A stretch of 64,000 nt of DNA, from the NCBI GenBank assembly GCA_964576755.1, contig CAZNUV010000001.1:40883-104882 (forward strand), given 5' to 3'. A program made the translations under genes and the position numbers. Shown here in pieces: positions 1 through 9,225 of the stretch (position 1 is the stretch's first letter; the number at the start of each line of letters is the position of its first letter). The stretch comes from Candidatus Woesearchaeota archaeon (GTDB taxonomy: Archaea > Nanobdellota > Nanobdellia > Pacearchaeales > GW2011-AR1). The notes below the pieces were generated by a model that worked only from the letters and a program-made list of their open reading frames with translations, was not told the DNA's origin and did no database searches.

Positions 1-395
1 AAAAGATGGATTGGTTCAAAATAAAATGAACCAAACATAAAGACTAAAACAACAATTCTAAGGACATTAATTATAAACAGCAGGGAAAAGCTAAAAACTA
101 GAATTAAAGCATGTTTAATAGGCTTTAAATCAGAAATAGACATAATCAGTATGAACAATAGATAATATGCAGAACCTGCAACACATGCAGGAATTATCTG
201 AAAAATAATCCCTTGATAGAAAATTATATTCCCAAAAAGAGTAGTATTCCCAAAAATACTTATAATTTTAGAAACAAGAAAGATTGTTGGACTTGTAAAT
301 AATTTATAAAAAATCCAGATATTAAAAAGTCCAAAAAACAAGATTATAATGTATCTGAAAATAAGAGTTATAATCTTTTTTTTTATAGAATCCAT
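1..395 (-). CDS. Archaeosortase/exosortase family membrane protein (pacearchaeosortase-like); 3' end runs off the window
   Basis: Not in the ORF track. Manual translation from ATG 395: MDSIKKKIITLIFRYIIILFFGLFNIWIFY...QIIPACVAGSAYYLLFILIMS...FIINVLRIVVLV. It is hydrophobic, with a catalytic-type Cys (PACVAGS) and the N-x-LRI Arg motif of exo/archaeosortases. Confidence 0.8.
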   Translation of the reverse strand, partial: MDSIKKKIITLIFRYIIILFFGLFNIWIFYKLFTSPTIFLVSKIISIFGNTTLFGNIIFYQGIIFQIIPACVAGSAYYLLFILIMSISDLKPIKHALILVFSFSLLFIINVLRIVVLVFMFGSFYFEPIHL

Positions 396-478
396 ATAAA
401 ACAAAGAGAATTTATGTTTAAATAAGTTTCATAGGATAAAAAAATATTCCTTAAAACAAAAAAAAAGATTTAGAAGAA

Positions 479-2107
479 TTAAAATTCTTGGTGAGCTGGT
501 CTACTAGCAAGTTTTACTATTAAAACTATTACTATTAAAACTAAAAGAGCAATTATTCCAATAAGTAAAAATGCTCCTGCTGTTCCTAAGTTTTCTCCAA
601 GATTAGATAACCCTGCAAAACTTCCTGTAAACAATCCTGTTTTCTCTTCTATTGTTACTGTAACGGGTTGTGTCTTTGTTTGCCCATTAGAGATAACATT
701 AATTGTAAAAGATTGTGATCCTGAAACAGTTGGTCTTAATTTTATTACAACCTGACTTGTTTGATCTTGACCAATTGAACTAATTGAAGGGTCTACACTA
801 ACTAATTCTGCCCAAGATTCATATCCTGTTGGACTTACAATAAATTCTGAAGATGTATCTCTGTTAGTGATACTTACTTCAATACTCATTTCTTCTCCAA
901 CTTTTGCACCAGATAAAAGCCTAGCATTAATAACTGGTTCATCCCCAGTACAACTACCTAAGACCTTTAAATAGTATTCAAAGTCATCTTTTTCATCTGA
1001 GCTTTTATCATACTCATCGTCCTTATCATCATATTTAAACTCAGTTGTAAGTATAAATTTGTAAGATTTTTCATCTGCATTTTTTGGAATGTTAAATGAA
1101 AAGTCTACAGTATCTGAATCTCCAGAATCAAGATTTTCTATTTCTTTTTCAAGAGTTATCCCTAATTCTTTATTATAAAAAATAACCTTAACCTTATCTT
1201 CATCTTCATCTCCAATGTTATAAACTTTTGCTTCTAAATTAATAACAGAACCACAAGTTGTTGTGTCTACTGCATCTACTTCTTTAACAAGAACATCATT
1301 TCTGTTTTTATCAATAGAAACTGTTTCTTCTGTGCCTATTTCTTCTGCTCTTAAACTTGCACATTGTTTGTCTTCATCTCCATCTTCATAAACTTTAGCA
1401 TAGATTCTATAATTGCTTCCATCATTAACATCTGCAGAAATTTGGAAATTAAATGTTACTTTTTTAGATTCTCCATCATCTAAGCCTACTTCTTGTTCTA
1501 AATCATCTTCATCAGTTGCCCAATCACTAACTTCTTTTCCACTTGAATCAACTAAAATTAAGGCTACAATAGTATCAATATTATCATCATCATTTAAATT
1601 TTCAATTTTAACATCTAGTTCTATATTATCTAATGGTCTCCATTCCCATTCTTTATCATTCTCATCTTTTCTATCTTTTATATATTCAACACTTAATTCT
1701 GTTCCAACTTCACCATATTTACAAAACTCATAACCACTAGAGTCTGGTAAAATAGTTAATTTTCTTGTTTCAGAAGTAGCATCTGTAAGAGGGCCATCAC
1801 AATAAATATTCCAAGTATGATTTCCAATTGCAAGATTATTTGCAGTAATTGTATTTGTAGTTGTTTCATCAATAGCTGAAGTAGAAGAATAATGTAAACC
1901 ATCAATATTTAAATCACAAGTATAGTCTTCACCAGAAGTTACTGAAGAAAATCCAAATGTAAAACTAACATCTCTAGACATTGTTGTAGATCCATTTACT
2001 GGTGAAACCAAATTAATGCTAAAAGAGGGAACCGCACTTGTTAAAGTTAAACTTAAAACTAGTAATGCAAATATTCCGAAAAATGTGAACAATTTTTTGT
2101 TTTCCAT
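479..2107 (-). CDS. Putative S-layer/surface glycoprotein with Ig-like (CARDB-type) domains and a C-terminal TM anchor
   Basis: Signal peptide, very acidic beta-rich body, repeated 'VYNIG..DED.V.V' type segments, N-x-S/T sequons, C-terminal TM helix followed by basic residues; adjacent to the sortase. Confidence 0.7.
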   Translation of the reverse strand: MENKKLFTFFGIFALLVLSLTLTSAVPSFSINLVSPVNGSTTMSRDVSFTFGFSSVTSGEDYTCDLNIDGLHYSSTSAIDETTTNTITANNLAIGNHTWNIYCDGPLTDATSETRKLTILPDSSGYEFCKYGEVGTELSVEYIKDRKDENDKEWEWRPLDNIELDVKIENLNDDDNIDTIVALILVDSSGKEVSDWATDEDDLEQEVGLDDGESKKVTFNFQISADVNDGSNYRIYAKVYEDGDEDKQCASLRAEEIGTEETVSIDKNRNDVLVKEVDAVDTTTCGSVINLEAKVYNIGDEDEDKVKVIFYNKELGITLEKEIENLDSGDSDTVDFSFNIPKNADEKSYKFILTTEFKYDDKDDEYDKSSDEKDDFEYYLKVLGSCTGDEPVINARLLSGAKVGEEMSIEVSITNRDTSSEFIVSPTGYESWAELVSVDPSISSIGQDQTSQVVIKLRPTVSGSQSFTINVISNGQTKTQPVTVTIEEKTGLFTGSFAGLSNLGENLGTAGAFLLIGIIALLVLIVIVLIVKLASRPAHQEF

Positions 2108-2254
2108 TTTGTTTTTGTTGTAATTCCATAATTATAACACCTTTATAAATGTTTCGATTAGTTCGATTTTATTAGAACCTGCCCGACGAGAATAGTGTTT
2201 TAGTAAGGTTTATAAAATTTAAAATTCTATTAAATCAATAAGGAACGATTAAAA

Positions 2255-2635
2255 ATGGTAAAGTCAAGAGAAAATTTAATTAGTGCATGGGCTTTCTTAA
2301 TTGGAGTAGTTTTAGCTATTCTAATTGGGATTTTTCAAAGAGTACTTGGCGGACCTTCAAGACTAATTATAAGTATTGTTTACACTGTTCTAGTTCTTTT
2401 AGGTTTATTGGTTGGTTTTCTAGTTGAAGGGGATAAAGACTCTACTACTTTTCTAATTGCAGCTCTTGCCTTAGTGATTGTAAGTGGTCTTGGCAAGGAT
2501 AGTCTAATATACATCTCTAATTTAAGTCCAATTACCTCCTATTTAAGTGAGGTTCTCTCTGCACTATTAATAATGTTTGTTCCAGCTACAATAATTGCAG
2601 CATTAAAAACAGTTTTCTCAATTACAAGTATATAG
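2255..2635 (+). CDS. Hypothetical 4-TM membrane protein
   Basis: 126 aa with four hydrophobic segments; TTTATAAA box upstream. Confidence 0.6.
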   Translation: MVKSRENLISAWAFLIGVVLAILIGIFQRVLGGPSRLIISIVYTVLVLLGLLVGFLVEGDKDSTTFLIAALALVIVSGLGKDSLIYISNLSPITSYLSEVLSALLIMFVPATIIAALKTVFSITSI

Positions 2636-2727
2636 AGTTAATTTGGCCGGATTAGATAAAATGCCCTACTACTCCCATTATATACTATCTAAGAATCCTT
2701 ACCTATATTATAGGGTTATTATAAAGA

Positions 2728-3429
2728 TTAAAGAAATTCCAATAAGTCTGTATAATTTATTATCTTGGGACTATCTAATGCAAGACCATAGCAGGCAGTA
2801 TTAATATATATAGGAATATCAAAGTTTTCTAATTCTGAGAGATTTATACTATCTGTTTCAAATACATAGAGTTTCTTAGATTTATACTTATTCTGAATCT
2901 TTTTCTTTAAATTTTCTAAATTTTTATAAAATTGGCCAGATTTTGTTGAAACAAGAATGCCTATTTTATTAGACATAAGAAACTTTGTTATTTTCCCTTG
3001 AGTTTTTTGATGATATTTCTTGAGATCATTATTAGTGATTTTATCTAATTGATTGTTAACTACACTGTATACATAGAGTTCTTTGTTTAGTTGAATAGCA
3101 TTATTTATTGCATGGAATCTTCCATCTGTTAAAAGTAAAAAACAATCTGCATTTGGATTAAAAGCTTGACTTTGACATCCAAGAACATGTGATTTATGAT
3201 AAGCGCCTTGTTGAATTAGGACTTTTTTTGGGTTTTTTTTACTTGTTTCAAGATATTTTTTAACAATTAGAACTAAATCTAAATATTGAACTGTTGCAGC
3301 CAGAGAGATAATCTCTCCTGGAAGTTTATCCAAACCAGAAAGGTTTATACTCTCTTTTTTTGAGAATTTTCTTCTCGCTTCTATAAACACTACTTTCTGG
3401 TTTTTTGTATTTATTTTTAAGTTTTTCAT
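2728..3429 (-). CDS. dph2: Diphthamide synthesis protein (Dph2 family)
   Basis: Motifs ATVQY, VLGC, DGRFHA, GILVSTKSGQ and INTAC; shorter than typical. Confidence 0.85.
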   Translation of the reverse strand: MKNLKINTKNQKVVFIEARRKFSKKESINLSGLDKLPGEIISLAATVQYLDLVLIVKKYLETSKKNPKKVLIQQGAYHKSHVLGCQSQAFNPNADCFLLLTDGRFHAINNAIQLNKELYVYSVVNNQLDKITNNDLKKYHQKTQGKITKFLMSNKIGILVSTKSGQFYKNLENLKKKIQNKYKSKKLYVFETDSINLSELENFDIPIYINTACYGLALDSPKIINYTDLLEFL

Positions 3430-3486
3430 AAAATACTCACAAAAAGGATATTTATTAAGCTAACTAAAATGATAAAATTAACTAGA

Positions 3487-3876
3487 TTAGAATCTTTCAA
3501 GACTACTAGATTTTGATTTTTCAGGCATGCTCTCACCTTTCTTTATTCTAACAAAAGAAGGTGTTGCAATAACGGTGTTTTCTCCAAATCCTGCAATAGA
3601 CCCGTCAAGAGCCTCTACTGTTTTTTTAATCTTAGATATTACTCTTTTTAATTCAACTACATCTTTCTGTTTTAAAGGCCGGATATCAACAACCGCAATA
3701 GTGTATCCTTCTCTTAAAGCATTTAGAATTTCATTAACATCCTCATACTGTTTTAAAACAAAAGTTTTAACAATAACCTTAGAATCCTCTTTATCTTGTC
3801 CAACATCAATTTCAATGAATTCTGGACCTATTTCTTCTTCCTTCCCCAACATCCTTTTTAATCTGTCTAAAACCAT
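3487..3876 (-). CDS. sepF: Cell division protein SepF
   Basis: LREGYTIAVVDI...LKR...IKKTVEALDGSIAG...VIATP signature. Confidence 0.85.
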   Translation of the reverse strand: MVLDRLKRMLGKEEEIGPEFIEIDVGQDKEDSKVIVKTFVLKQYEDVNEILNALREGYTIAVVDIRPLKQKDVVELKRVISKIKKTVEALDGSIAGFGENTVIATPSFVRIKKGESMPEKSKSSSLERF

Positions 3877-3920
3877 ATTAAAACTTAAAACTTTTTGTAT
3901 TTAAAGATTTCTATACTCTA

Positions 3921-4343
3921 CTATTTATTTATTATTTTTTTTGTTATCTCATCCCTAAGAGATTCTAGTTTTTCATAAAATTCTTTTTCTTGTTTATCAA
4001 TATTTTTCAACCTTAATTCAAGAAGTTTTTTCTTTTCTCCGAGGTCTTTTTGTAATTTTTCTTTAGTTGTTTTTATTATAATCTGTCCACCAACTACCTT
4101 AAAGACATCATCCTCGGTCTTTTCTAATTCGTTTAATGCAAAATTAGAAGAATCTAGTTCCATATTAAATGATTGTTTTTGCATTAATAGTTGTTGTAAA
4201 TTTTGTTCAAGGATTTGCATCTCCTGTATCTTTACTTTTGTTTCTTCATCTAAATTTGCAAGAGGATTAGAGTTTCTTTGAATATTCTCGTCTTCCATTT
4301 CGTCGTTTTCTTCTGAATCGGATTTGTTATGTTTGTCTTCCAT
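3921..4343 (-). CDS. pfdB: Prefoldin beta subunit
   Basis: Coiled coils flanking VFKVVGGQIII; conserved L37ae-rpoP-pfdB context. Confidence 0.9.
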   Translation of the reverse strand: MEDKHNKSDSEENDEMEDENIQRNSNPLANLDEETKVKIQEMQILEQNLQQLLMQKQSFNMELDSSNFALNELEKTEDDVFKVVGGQIIIKTTKEKLQKDLGEKKKLLELRLKNIDKQEKEFYEKLESLRDEITKKIINK

Positions 4344-4480
4344 TATACTGCTTTAACTGTTTTCATTTTGGTCCTTGGTTTGAAAAAAATCCTTGAACCA
4401 CAATGAGGGCAAACAAACCTTTTCTGAAGACTTATAACAGTTATCTTAGTTCCACATTCAAAACATTTATATGATGCCAT
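4343..4480 (-). CDS. rpoP: RNA polymerase subunit P (Rpo12)
   Basis: Not in the ORF track. MASYKCFECGTKITVISLQKRFVCPHCGSRIFFKPRTKMKTVKAV* is a zinc ribbon; TAATG overlap with pfdB. Confidence 0.92.
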   Translation of the reverse strand: MASYKCFECGTKITVISLQKRFVCPHCGSRIFFKPRTKMKTVKAV

Positions 4481-4514
4481 TTTATTTAGTGTTATTTTAA
4501 ATTTATAAGGTTAT

Positions 4515-4724
4515 TTATAAATGAAAAGCTCCCCCAGTGAATTTCTTTTTACATTTAACACAAAACCAAATCCCTTTTTCTAATCTTTTTGCTCTTCCTT
4601 TACAAAAAGGACAAGGCTGTTTCTTTCTCTGTATTGCTTCTACAGCTGAAAGCTTTTTTTTAGGTCGGCCATATCCTGCACCGAATCTTCCTGCAGAACC
4701 AATTTTTTTCTTTTTTACGCCCAT
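4515..4724 (-). CDS. rpl37ae: 50S ribosomal protein L37Ae (eL43)
   Basis: GSAGRFGAGYG, CPFC, GIWFCVKC, FTGGAF. Confidence 0.93.
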   Translation of the reverse strand: MGVKKKKIGSAGRFGAGYGRPKKKLSAVEAIQRKKQPCPFCKGRAKRLEKGIWFCVKCKKKFTGGAFHL

Positions 4725-4795
4725 GTTGATTTTATGTTTTTCTGATCTATTTTAGTTTATTTTTTATTTTATCCTATGCTTTTAAAGTTATGGTA

Positions 4796-4868
4796 TGGGG
4801 CTACCCGGATTTGAACCGGGGTCACAAGCTCCCAAAGCTCGAAGGCTACCAAGCTACCCCATAGCCCC
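4796..4868 (-). tRNA. tRNA-Pro(UGG)
   Basis: Reverse complement GGGGCTA...CGAGC-TT-TGG-GA-GCTTG...GGTTCAAATCC..TAGCCCC-A folds as a full cloverleaf; CCA is not encoded. Confidence 0.95.
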
Positions 4869-4920
4869 ATAATTTGATTAGTATTATACTATTTATAAAT
4901 ATGATTCTATAATATTAAAA

Positions 4921-5583
4921 TTATTTTTTAGCTGGTTCTTTTTTTACTTCAGTAGGTTTAACACCAGCTTTTGCAGTAGCCTCTGCATTTTTCTCTTCTT
5001 CAACCTTTTTCTCTTCTTCCTCTTTCTTCTTCTTTGCTTCTTGTTGTGCATTTATATTCGCAAAATAATCATCAAGTTCTTTTCTTTTTTCAGGAGAAAC
5101 TTCTGTTCTCTGTTGTTCTATTTCTTCTTTATATTCTCCCTGTTCTATTAATTCTAAAATTTCTTTAGGATCCTTACTTTCGATTAATACACCCATAGCA
5201 AGGCAAGTTCCTATTACAGATTTTAATGCGGAAATAAATTCTTTTGCAAGCATGTATTGTTGTTTTATTTTTGTAACAGAAATAATTTGTTCTATTGCAA
5301 GGTTTCCCACTACAACTTTTAATCTTTCTCCAGAAGCAGTTTCTATTTTTAATTCTTTTTTTATTAATCCTGAAGTAGGGGGAGACATAACTTTTATTTT
5401 AAATTTTTTAGTTTTTGTATCAACATCTAAATGTACTGGAACTGTCATTCCCTTAAATTCTTGTGTTGCAGCATTTACATCAGAGATAACTTTACCCATA
5501 TTAATCCCCATTGGACCTAATTGTTGTGCAATCGCTGGGCCTGGAGTCATATTCCCGCCTTCAATTAATAATTTAACTATCAT
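4921..5583 (-). CDS. rpl11: 50S ribosomal protein L11 (uL11) with a charged C-terminal extension
   Basis: GGNMTPGPAIAQQLGPMGIN and GTCLAMGV. Confidence 0.95.
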   Translation of the reverse strand: MIVKLLIEGGNMTPGPAIAQQLGPMGINMGKVISDVNAATQEFKGMTVPVHLDVDTKTKKFKIKVMSPPTSGLIKKELKIETASGERLKVVVGNLAIEQIISVTKIKQQYMLAKEFISALKSVIGTCLAMGVLIESKDPKEILELIEQGEYKEEIEQQRTEVSPEKRKELDDYFANINAQQEAKKKKEEEEKKVEEEKNAEATAKAGVKPTEVKKEPAKK

Positions 5584-5613
5584 CTTATTATTCTAGAAAG
5601 TTCATTTAAAAAC

Positions 5614-6279
5614 TTAATCCTCTAGCTCGCCTCCTTCTTCTCTTCTAATTACTCTAATATTATCTAATTTGACTGTTACTGGAATTGGAACTGTTGCTCC
5701 AAGCAATGAAACCACTGCCTCTCCTTTTGTTTTATCAATCCTAACTACTTTTGCTTTTTCTTTTTTGAATGGTTCTGAAATTATCTCGATGATATCATTT
5801 TTTTCTATTTTAATATCTGCAGTAATCGGTTCTAACATTGGTTTTACTTCTTCATAAGAAATTATTTTAGGGATTATCCCTTTCACATAAGGCAGATTAA
5901 AAACTGCTTCTTCTGCATTATCTCTATCTGGAGCTTCTAATAAAATATATCCTCTCAATCCATGGGGCCGTGCAATAGAATAAACATTTATATTTTTCTT
6001 TTTAATTTTATCCGCAACCATATCTAAAGCTTTATCTTCTTTATTTGTAGTAACTTTAACAACATAAATATGACTAATTGTTTTTTCTCTAGGTAATTCT
6101 GATTTTACTTCATCGTCTTTTGAATCTGAAGATGTTCCAGATTTTGTATCTTCATCAATACTATCCAGTTCTGATTCTTCTTCTAACTCTTCTTCTGGAA
6201 CTACAATTTCCTCGTCAGAAGAATCTACAATTAAATCGTCAGTTTCATCCATTTTCTTATTTTTTTCTATTTCATCCAT
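5614..6279 (-). CDS. spt5: Transcription elongation factor Spt5 (NusG) with an acidic N-terminal extension
   Basis: NGN domain (LRGYILLEA) plus KOW domain (DIIEIISEPFKKEKAKV); secE-spt5-L11 order. Confidence 0.93.
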   Translation of the reverse strand: MDEIEKNKKMDETDDLIVDSSDEEIVVPEEELEEESELDSIDEDTKSGTSSDSKDDEVKSELPREKTISHIYVVKVTTNKEDKALDMVADKIKKKNINVYSIARPHGLRGYILLEAPDRDNAEEAVFNLPYVKGIIPKIISYEEVKPMLEPITADIKIEKNDIIEIISEPFKKEKAKVVRIDKTKGEAVVSLLGATVPIPVTVKLDNIRVIRREEGGELED

Positions 6280-6420
6280 TTTTCTAGGTTATTTTTATTT
6301 TTATTTTGTTCCAACTAATTCTTAATAATCTAAGAACTAGATAATATTTATAGATTTAAATGGTTTTTAAAGTTTACGGACCTATAAAATCGAGATAAAT
6401 TAAAACCCTGATTAAAAGTA

Positions 6421-6597
6421 TTAAAATGCAAGGTTTATTGTTACAGAAATAACAAACCCAATTGCTCCAATTAATAATAAACCAAGTGCAGAAACTTTTG
6501 AAATTGTTTTAAATTCCTGCATAGTTGGCTTTTTTAGAATTCTCCAAACACGTTTATATTGATTAAAATTATTGTTTATCCAAGATAATGCTTTCAT
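6421..6597 (-). CDS. secE: Protein translocase SecE/Sec61-gamma
   Basis: Not in the ORF track. MKALSWINNNFNQYKRVWRILKKPTMQEFKTISKVSALGLLLIGAIGFVISVTINLAF*. Confidence 0.93.
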   Translation of the reverse strand: MKALSWINNNFNQYKRVWRILKKPTMQEFKTISKVSALGLLLIGAIGFVISVTINLAF

Positions 6598-6621
6598 GAT
6601 TTTGTTAAGAAATCGGGGTTT

Positions 6622-6927
6622 TTAAGTTTGTTTATTAAGATTTTTTATCTTCTTATTCTTTTGTTCAGAAGTGGTAAAATCAAGACGTGCACTACTTACT
6701 AAGTCAGATATATCTGGGAAAATATCAAGACGAGAACCAACCACCATATTCCCAGGACTGACATAACTTGGCTCAAATCCTAAAATAATCTTAGATATAT
6801 TTAACAAAAAATGGGGTTTATAGCTCCAAGATTCTTGTTTCCATTCAGCAGTCTGCTCTTTTATTTTGGGAACTCGATTTTTATAAGCTTCTGCAAAAAA
6901 TTTTATTGTATCTTGTATATACTTCAT
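6622..6927 (-). CDS. Hypothetical protein inserted between ftsZ and secE
   Basis: 101-aa ORF starting 1 nt after the ftsZ stop; no recognisable motif. Confidence 0.45.
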   Translation of the reverse strand: MKYIQDTIKFFAEAYKNRVPKIKEQTAEWKQESWSYKPHFLLNISKIILGFEPSYVSPGNMVVGSRLDIFPDISDLVSSARLDFTTSEQKNKKIKNLNKQT

Positions 6928-6928
6928 T

Positions 6929-8026
6929 TTATTCTTCTAAAAATTCAATCCCTAGCTCACTCTCCATCTCGTTTCTTTTAGCCTCTTCTATAGGAAGTTT
7001 TTCTCCAGAAATCTGACTTGATTTAACCCCAGTAATAATCACCATAACTCGTACTGATTTTTCTAAATCTTCTGCAATTTGAGAACCAGAAATTATTTTT
7101 GCGTCTGGAGAAAGTCTATCTCCAACATAAGATATAATTTTCTTATATTCTTCTAATTGTAAATCAGGTCCACCAATAACATTAATTAATGCTCCTGATG
7201 CATTTGAAATGTCTACATCTAATAAAGGATTATTCAATGCTTTTTCAATAGCTTCTTCAGCGCGATTATTTGAATCTGCTTCTCCAACACCAATAAGAGA
7301 TACGCCACCATTAGTCATCACTGCTTTGATATCTGCAAAATCTAAATTTACAAGACCTGAAGTTGTTACTAATTCTGTAATTCCTTTTACTGCATTTGTT
7401 AAAACTTCATCTGCAACCTTAAATGCTGTAGGTAATGGTAAATCTGGTGCTAATTCTAATAATTTATCATTTGGAATTACTATTAGGGTGTCTACAATAC
7501 CTTCTAATCTTTCTAATCCTTCCATTGCATTTTCAATTCTTTTTCTCCCCTCAACACTAAATGGCAATGTAACAACCCCTATTGTTAAGGCTCCTTGCTT
7601 TTTTGCAATTTCTGCTACAACTGGAGCAGCTCCTGTACCTGTTCCCCCACCTAACCCGCATGTAACAAATACCATATCTGCATTTGCTATTTTCTTTTTT
7701 ATCTCTTGCATTGATTCTCTTGCTGCTTCTGCACCAATTCTTGGATTAGAACCAGAGCCTAGGCCCCGAGATATTTCTCTACCAATTAAAATTTTCTTGT
7801 CTGCATTTGCATAAAGAAGGTCTTGTGCATCTGTGTTAATTGCAATAATTTCCCCACCCTTTATTCCAATCTCTCTCATTCTAGAAACAGTATTTCCTCC
7901 AGCCCCACCAACACCAATTACCTTAATACGTGCAGATTGTTTTTTCAATAATTCTTCTAATTCTCTATCAATATTCATATTTTCTGAACTTGAACTAAAA
8001 TTAGTTACCTCTTCAAACTCTTCCAT
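6929..8026 (-). CDS. ftsZ: Cell division protein FtsZ
   Basis: GVGGAGGN, GGGTGTG tubulin signature, NLDFAD. Confidence 0.98.
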   Translation of the reverse strand: MEEFEEVTNFSSSSENMNIDRELEELLKKQSARIKVIGVGGAGGNTVSRMREIGIKGGEIIAINTDAQDLLYANADKKILIGREISRGLGSGSNPRIGAEAARESMQEIKKKIANADMVFVTCGLGGGTGTGAAPVVAEIAKKQGALTIGVVTLPFSVEGRKRIENAMEGLERLEGIVDTLIVIPNDKLLELAPDLPLPTAFKVADEVLTNAVKGITELVTTSGLVNLDFADIKAVMTNGGVSLIGVGEADSNNRAEEAIEKALNNPLLDVDISNASGALINVIGGPDLQLEEYKKIISYVGDRLSPDAKIISGSQIAEDLEKSVRVMVIITGVKSSQISGEKLPIEEAKRNEMESELGIEFLEE

Positions 8027-8127
8027 TATTTTTTTAGAGGTTTAGGATTTATAAGGATTTATAGGCTTTAGTATTATATATGGTCTGCCTTAATAAAAAT
8101 TATAAAGAGTGTTTCCAGAACAAATTT

Positions 8128-8541
8128 ATGGTAAGAATTGATAATCTTGTTCTTTTAACCCTAACTTCAATCCTATTGGTCTCTTCTAACGGGAAAAACA
8201 ATAAACCAAGTAAAGATAACACCCCAGTTAATTTAAAATATTTTAAACAGAATTTTGAGATAGAAGAACCTTATTTTCAGATTAACCATATATCCTCTGC
8301 TCAAAAAATTAATCCTGCGATATTTAATGCATGTTATGGAGACTATGATACTGTATTAAATAAATCAACTCAATATAGTACTTATTTAAAGATGAAATAT
8401 GAAGAAAATATTATGGCTATTCAAAATAGAATCAAACATTCAGGGATTTTTCCTTGTCCTGGACCTTCTCTTGCTCAATCTTCTTCTCATTTTCAGGTTT
8501 TTTCTCATCTACCTTATTTTCACCCTCTACAACAGCATTAA
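8128..8541 (+). CDS. Hypothetical, possibly secreted protein (start moved from 8080 to 8128)
   Basis: A TATA-like ATTATAAA ends 21 nt before ATG 8128; hydrophobic N-terminus; the 3' end overlaps the convergent slyD by about 110 nt. Confidence 0.4.
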   Translation: MVRIDNLVLLTLTSILLVSSNGKNNKPSKDNTPVNLKYFKQNFEIEEPYFQINHISSAQKINPAIFNACYGDYDTVLNKSTQYSTYLKMKYEENIMAIQNRIKHSGIFPCPGPSLAQSSSHFQVFSHLPYFHPLQQH

Positions 8542-9187
8542 GTTTCATTCCTAAAATATTTTGGAATTGCTCTTCAAAAAGCTTTAAAAAATTATTAAAT
8601 CCTTTTGGAACTTTGAATAGTATCTCTTTCTTCTCTTTATTTATTGTAAATTCAAATTGTTTTCTAAAGAAAAAATCCTGTAATGAGTTTATTTGTTCTT
8701 TTTCATCTGTGACTTTTCTATTAATTTTAAAGTTATATATAACATCACGACCAGCAAGAGGATTATTAAAGTCTACTAGAACTCTTCCTCCTGAAACAGA
8801 AATAATCTTAACAACATTTCCATCAAGAGATAGCTGCATACCTCTTTGAGGAACAATTTTTTGTTCTGTAAAAGATTTGAGAGGAATCATTTTAATTAAC
8901 AAGGGATTTCTCTTTCCAAAAGATTTGTCAGGTGTTAATTCTGTAGTATACTCTTTTCCAATCTCTTTTCCTTCTAAATCCTCATCTAATCCCTTAAGAA
9001 TCATATTATTTCCCACAGATAATACAAAGGGTTTCAATTCTTTAATTTGTAAACCTGCTTTTTCTGCTTCGGATTTTATATTTGTGTCAAAAATATCTCC
9101 GCCTTTTACTTTAGCAGTGAATTCTATCTCAACAAAATCTCCTTTTTTAACATTCTCTTGTTTGAGTATTTTATTTTGTTCAACCAT
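8432..9187 (-). CDS. slyD: FKBP-type peptidyl-prolyl isomerase (long archaeal SlyD type)
   Basis: KGDFVEIEFT, FDTN, GGRVLVDFNNPLAG. Confidence 0.92.
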   Translation of the reverse strand: MVEQNKILKQENVKKGDFVEIEFTAKVKGGDIFDTNIKSEAEKAGLQIKELKPFVLSVGNNMILKGLDEDLEGKEIGKEYTTELTPDKSFGKRNPLLIKMIPLKSFTEQKIVPQRGMQLSLDGNVVKIISVSGGRVLVDFNNPLAGRDVIYNFKINRKVTDEKEQINSLQDFFFRKQFEFTINKEKKEILFKVPKGFNNFLKLFEEQFQNILGMKLNAVVEGENKVDEKKPENEKKIEQEKVQDKEKSLNV

Positions 9188-9225
9188 ATGTTTCTCTGTA
9201 AAAAAGCTATTAAAAACCTTTCTAA

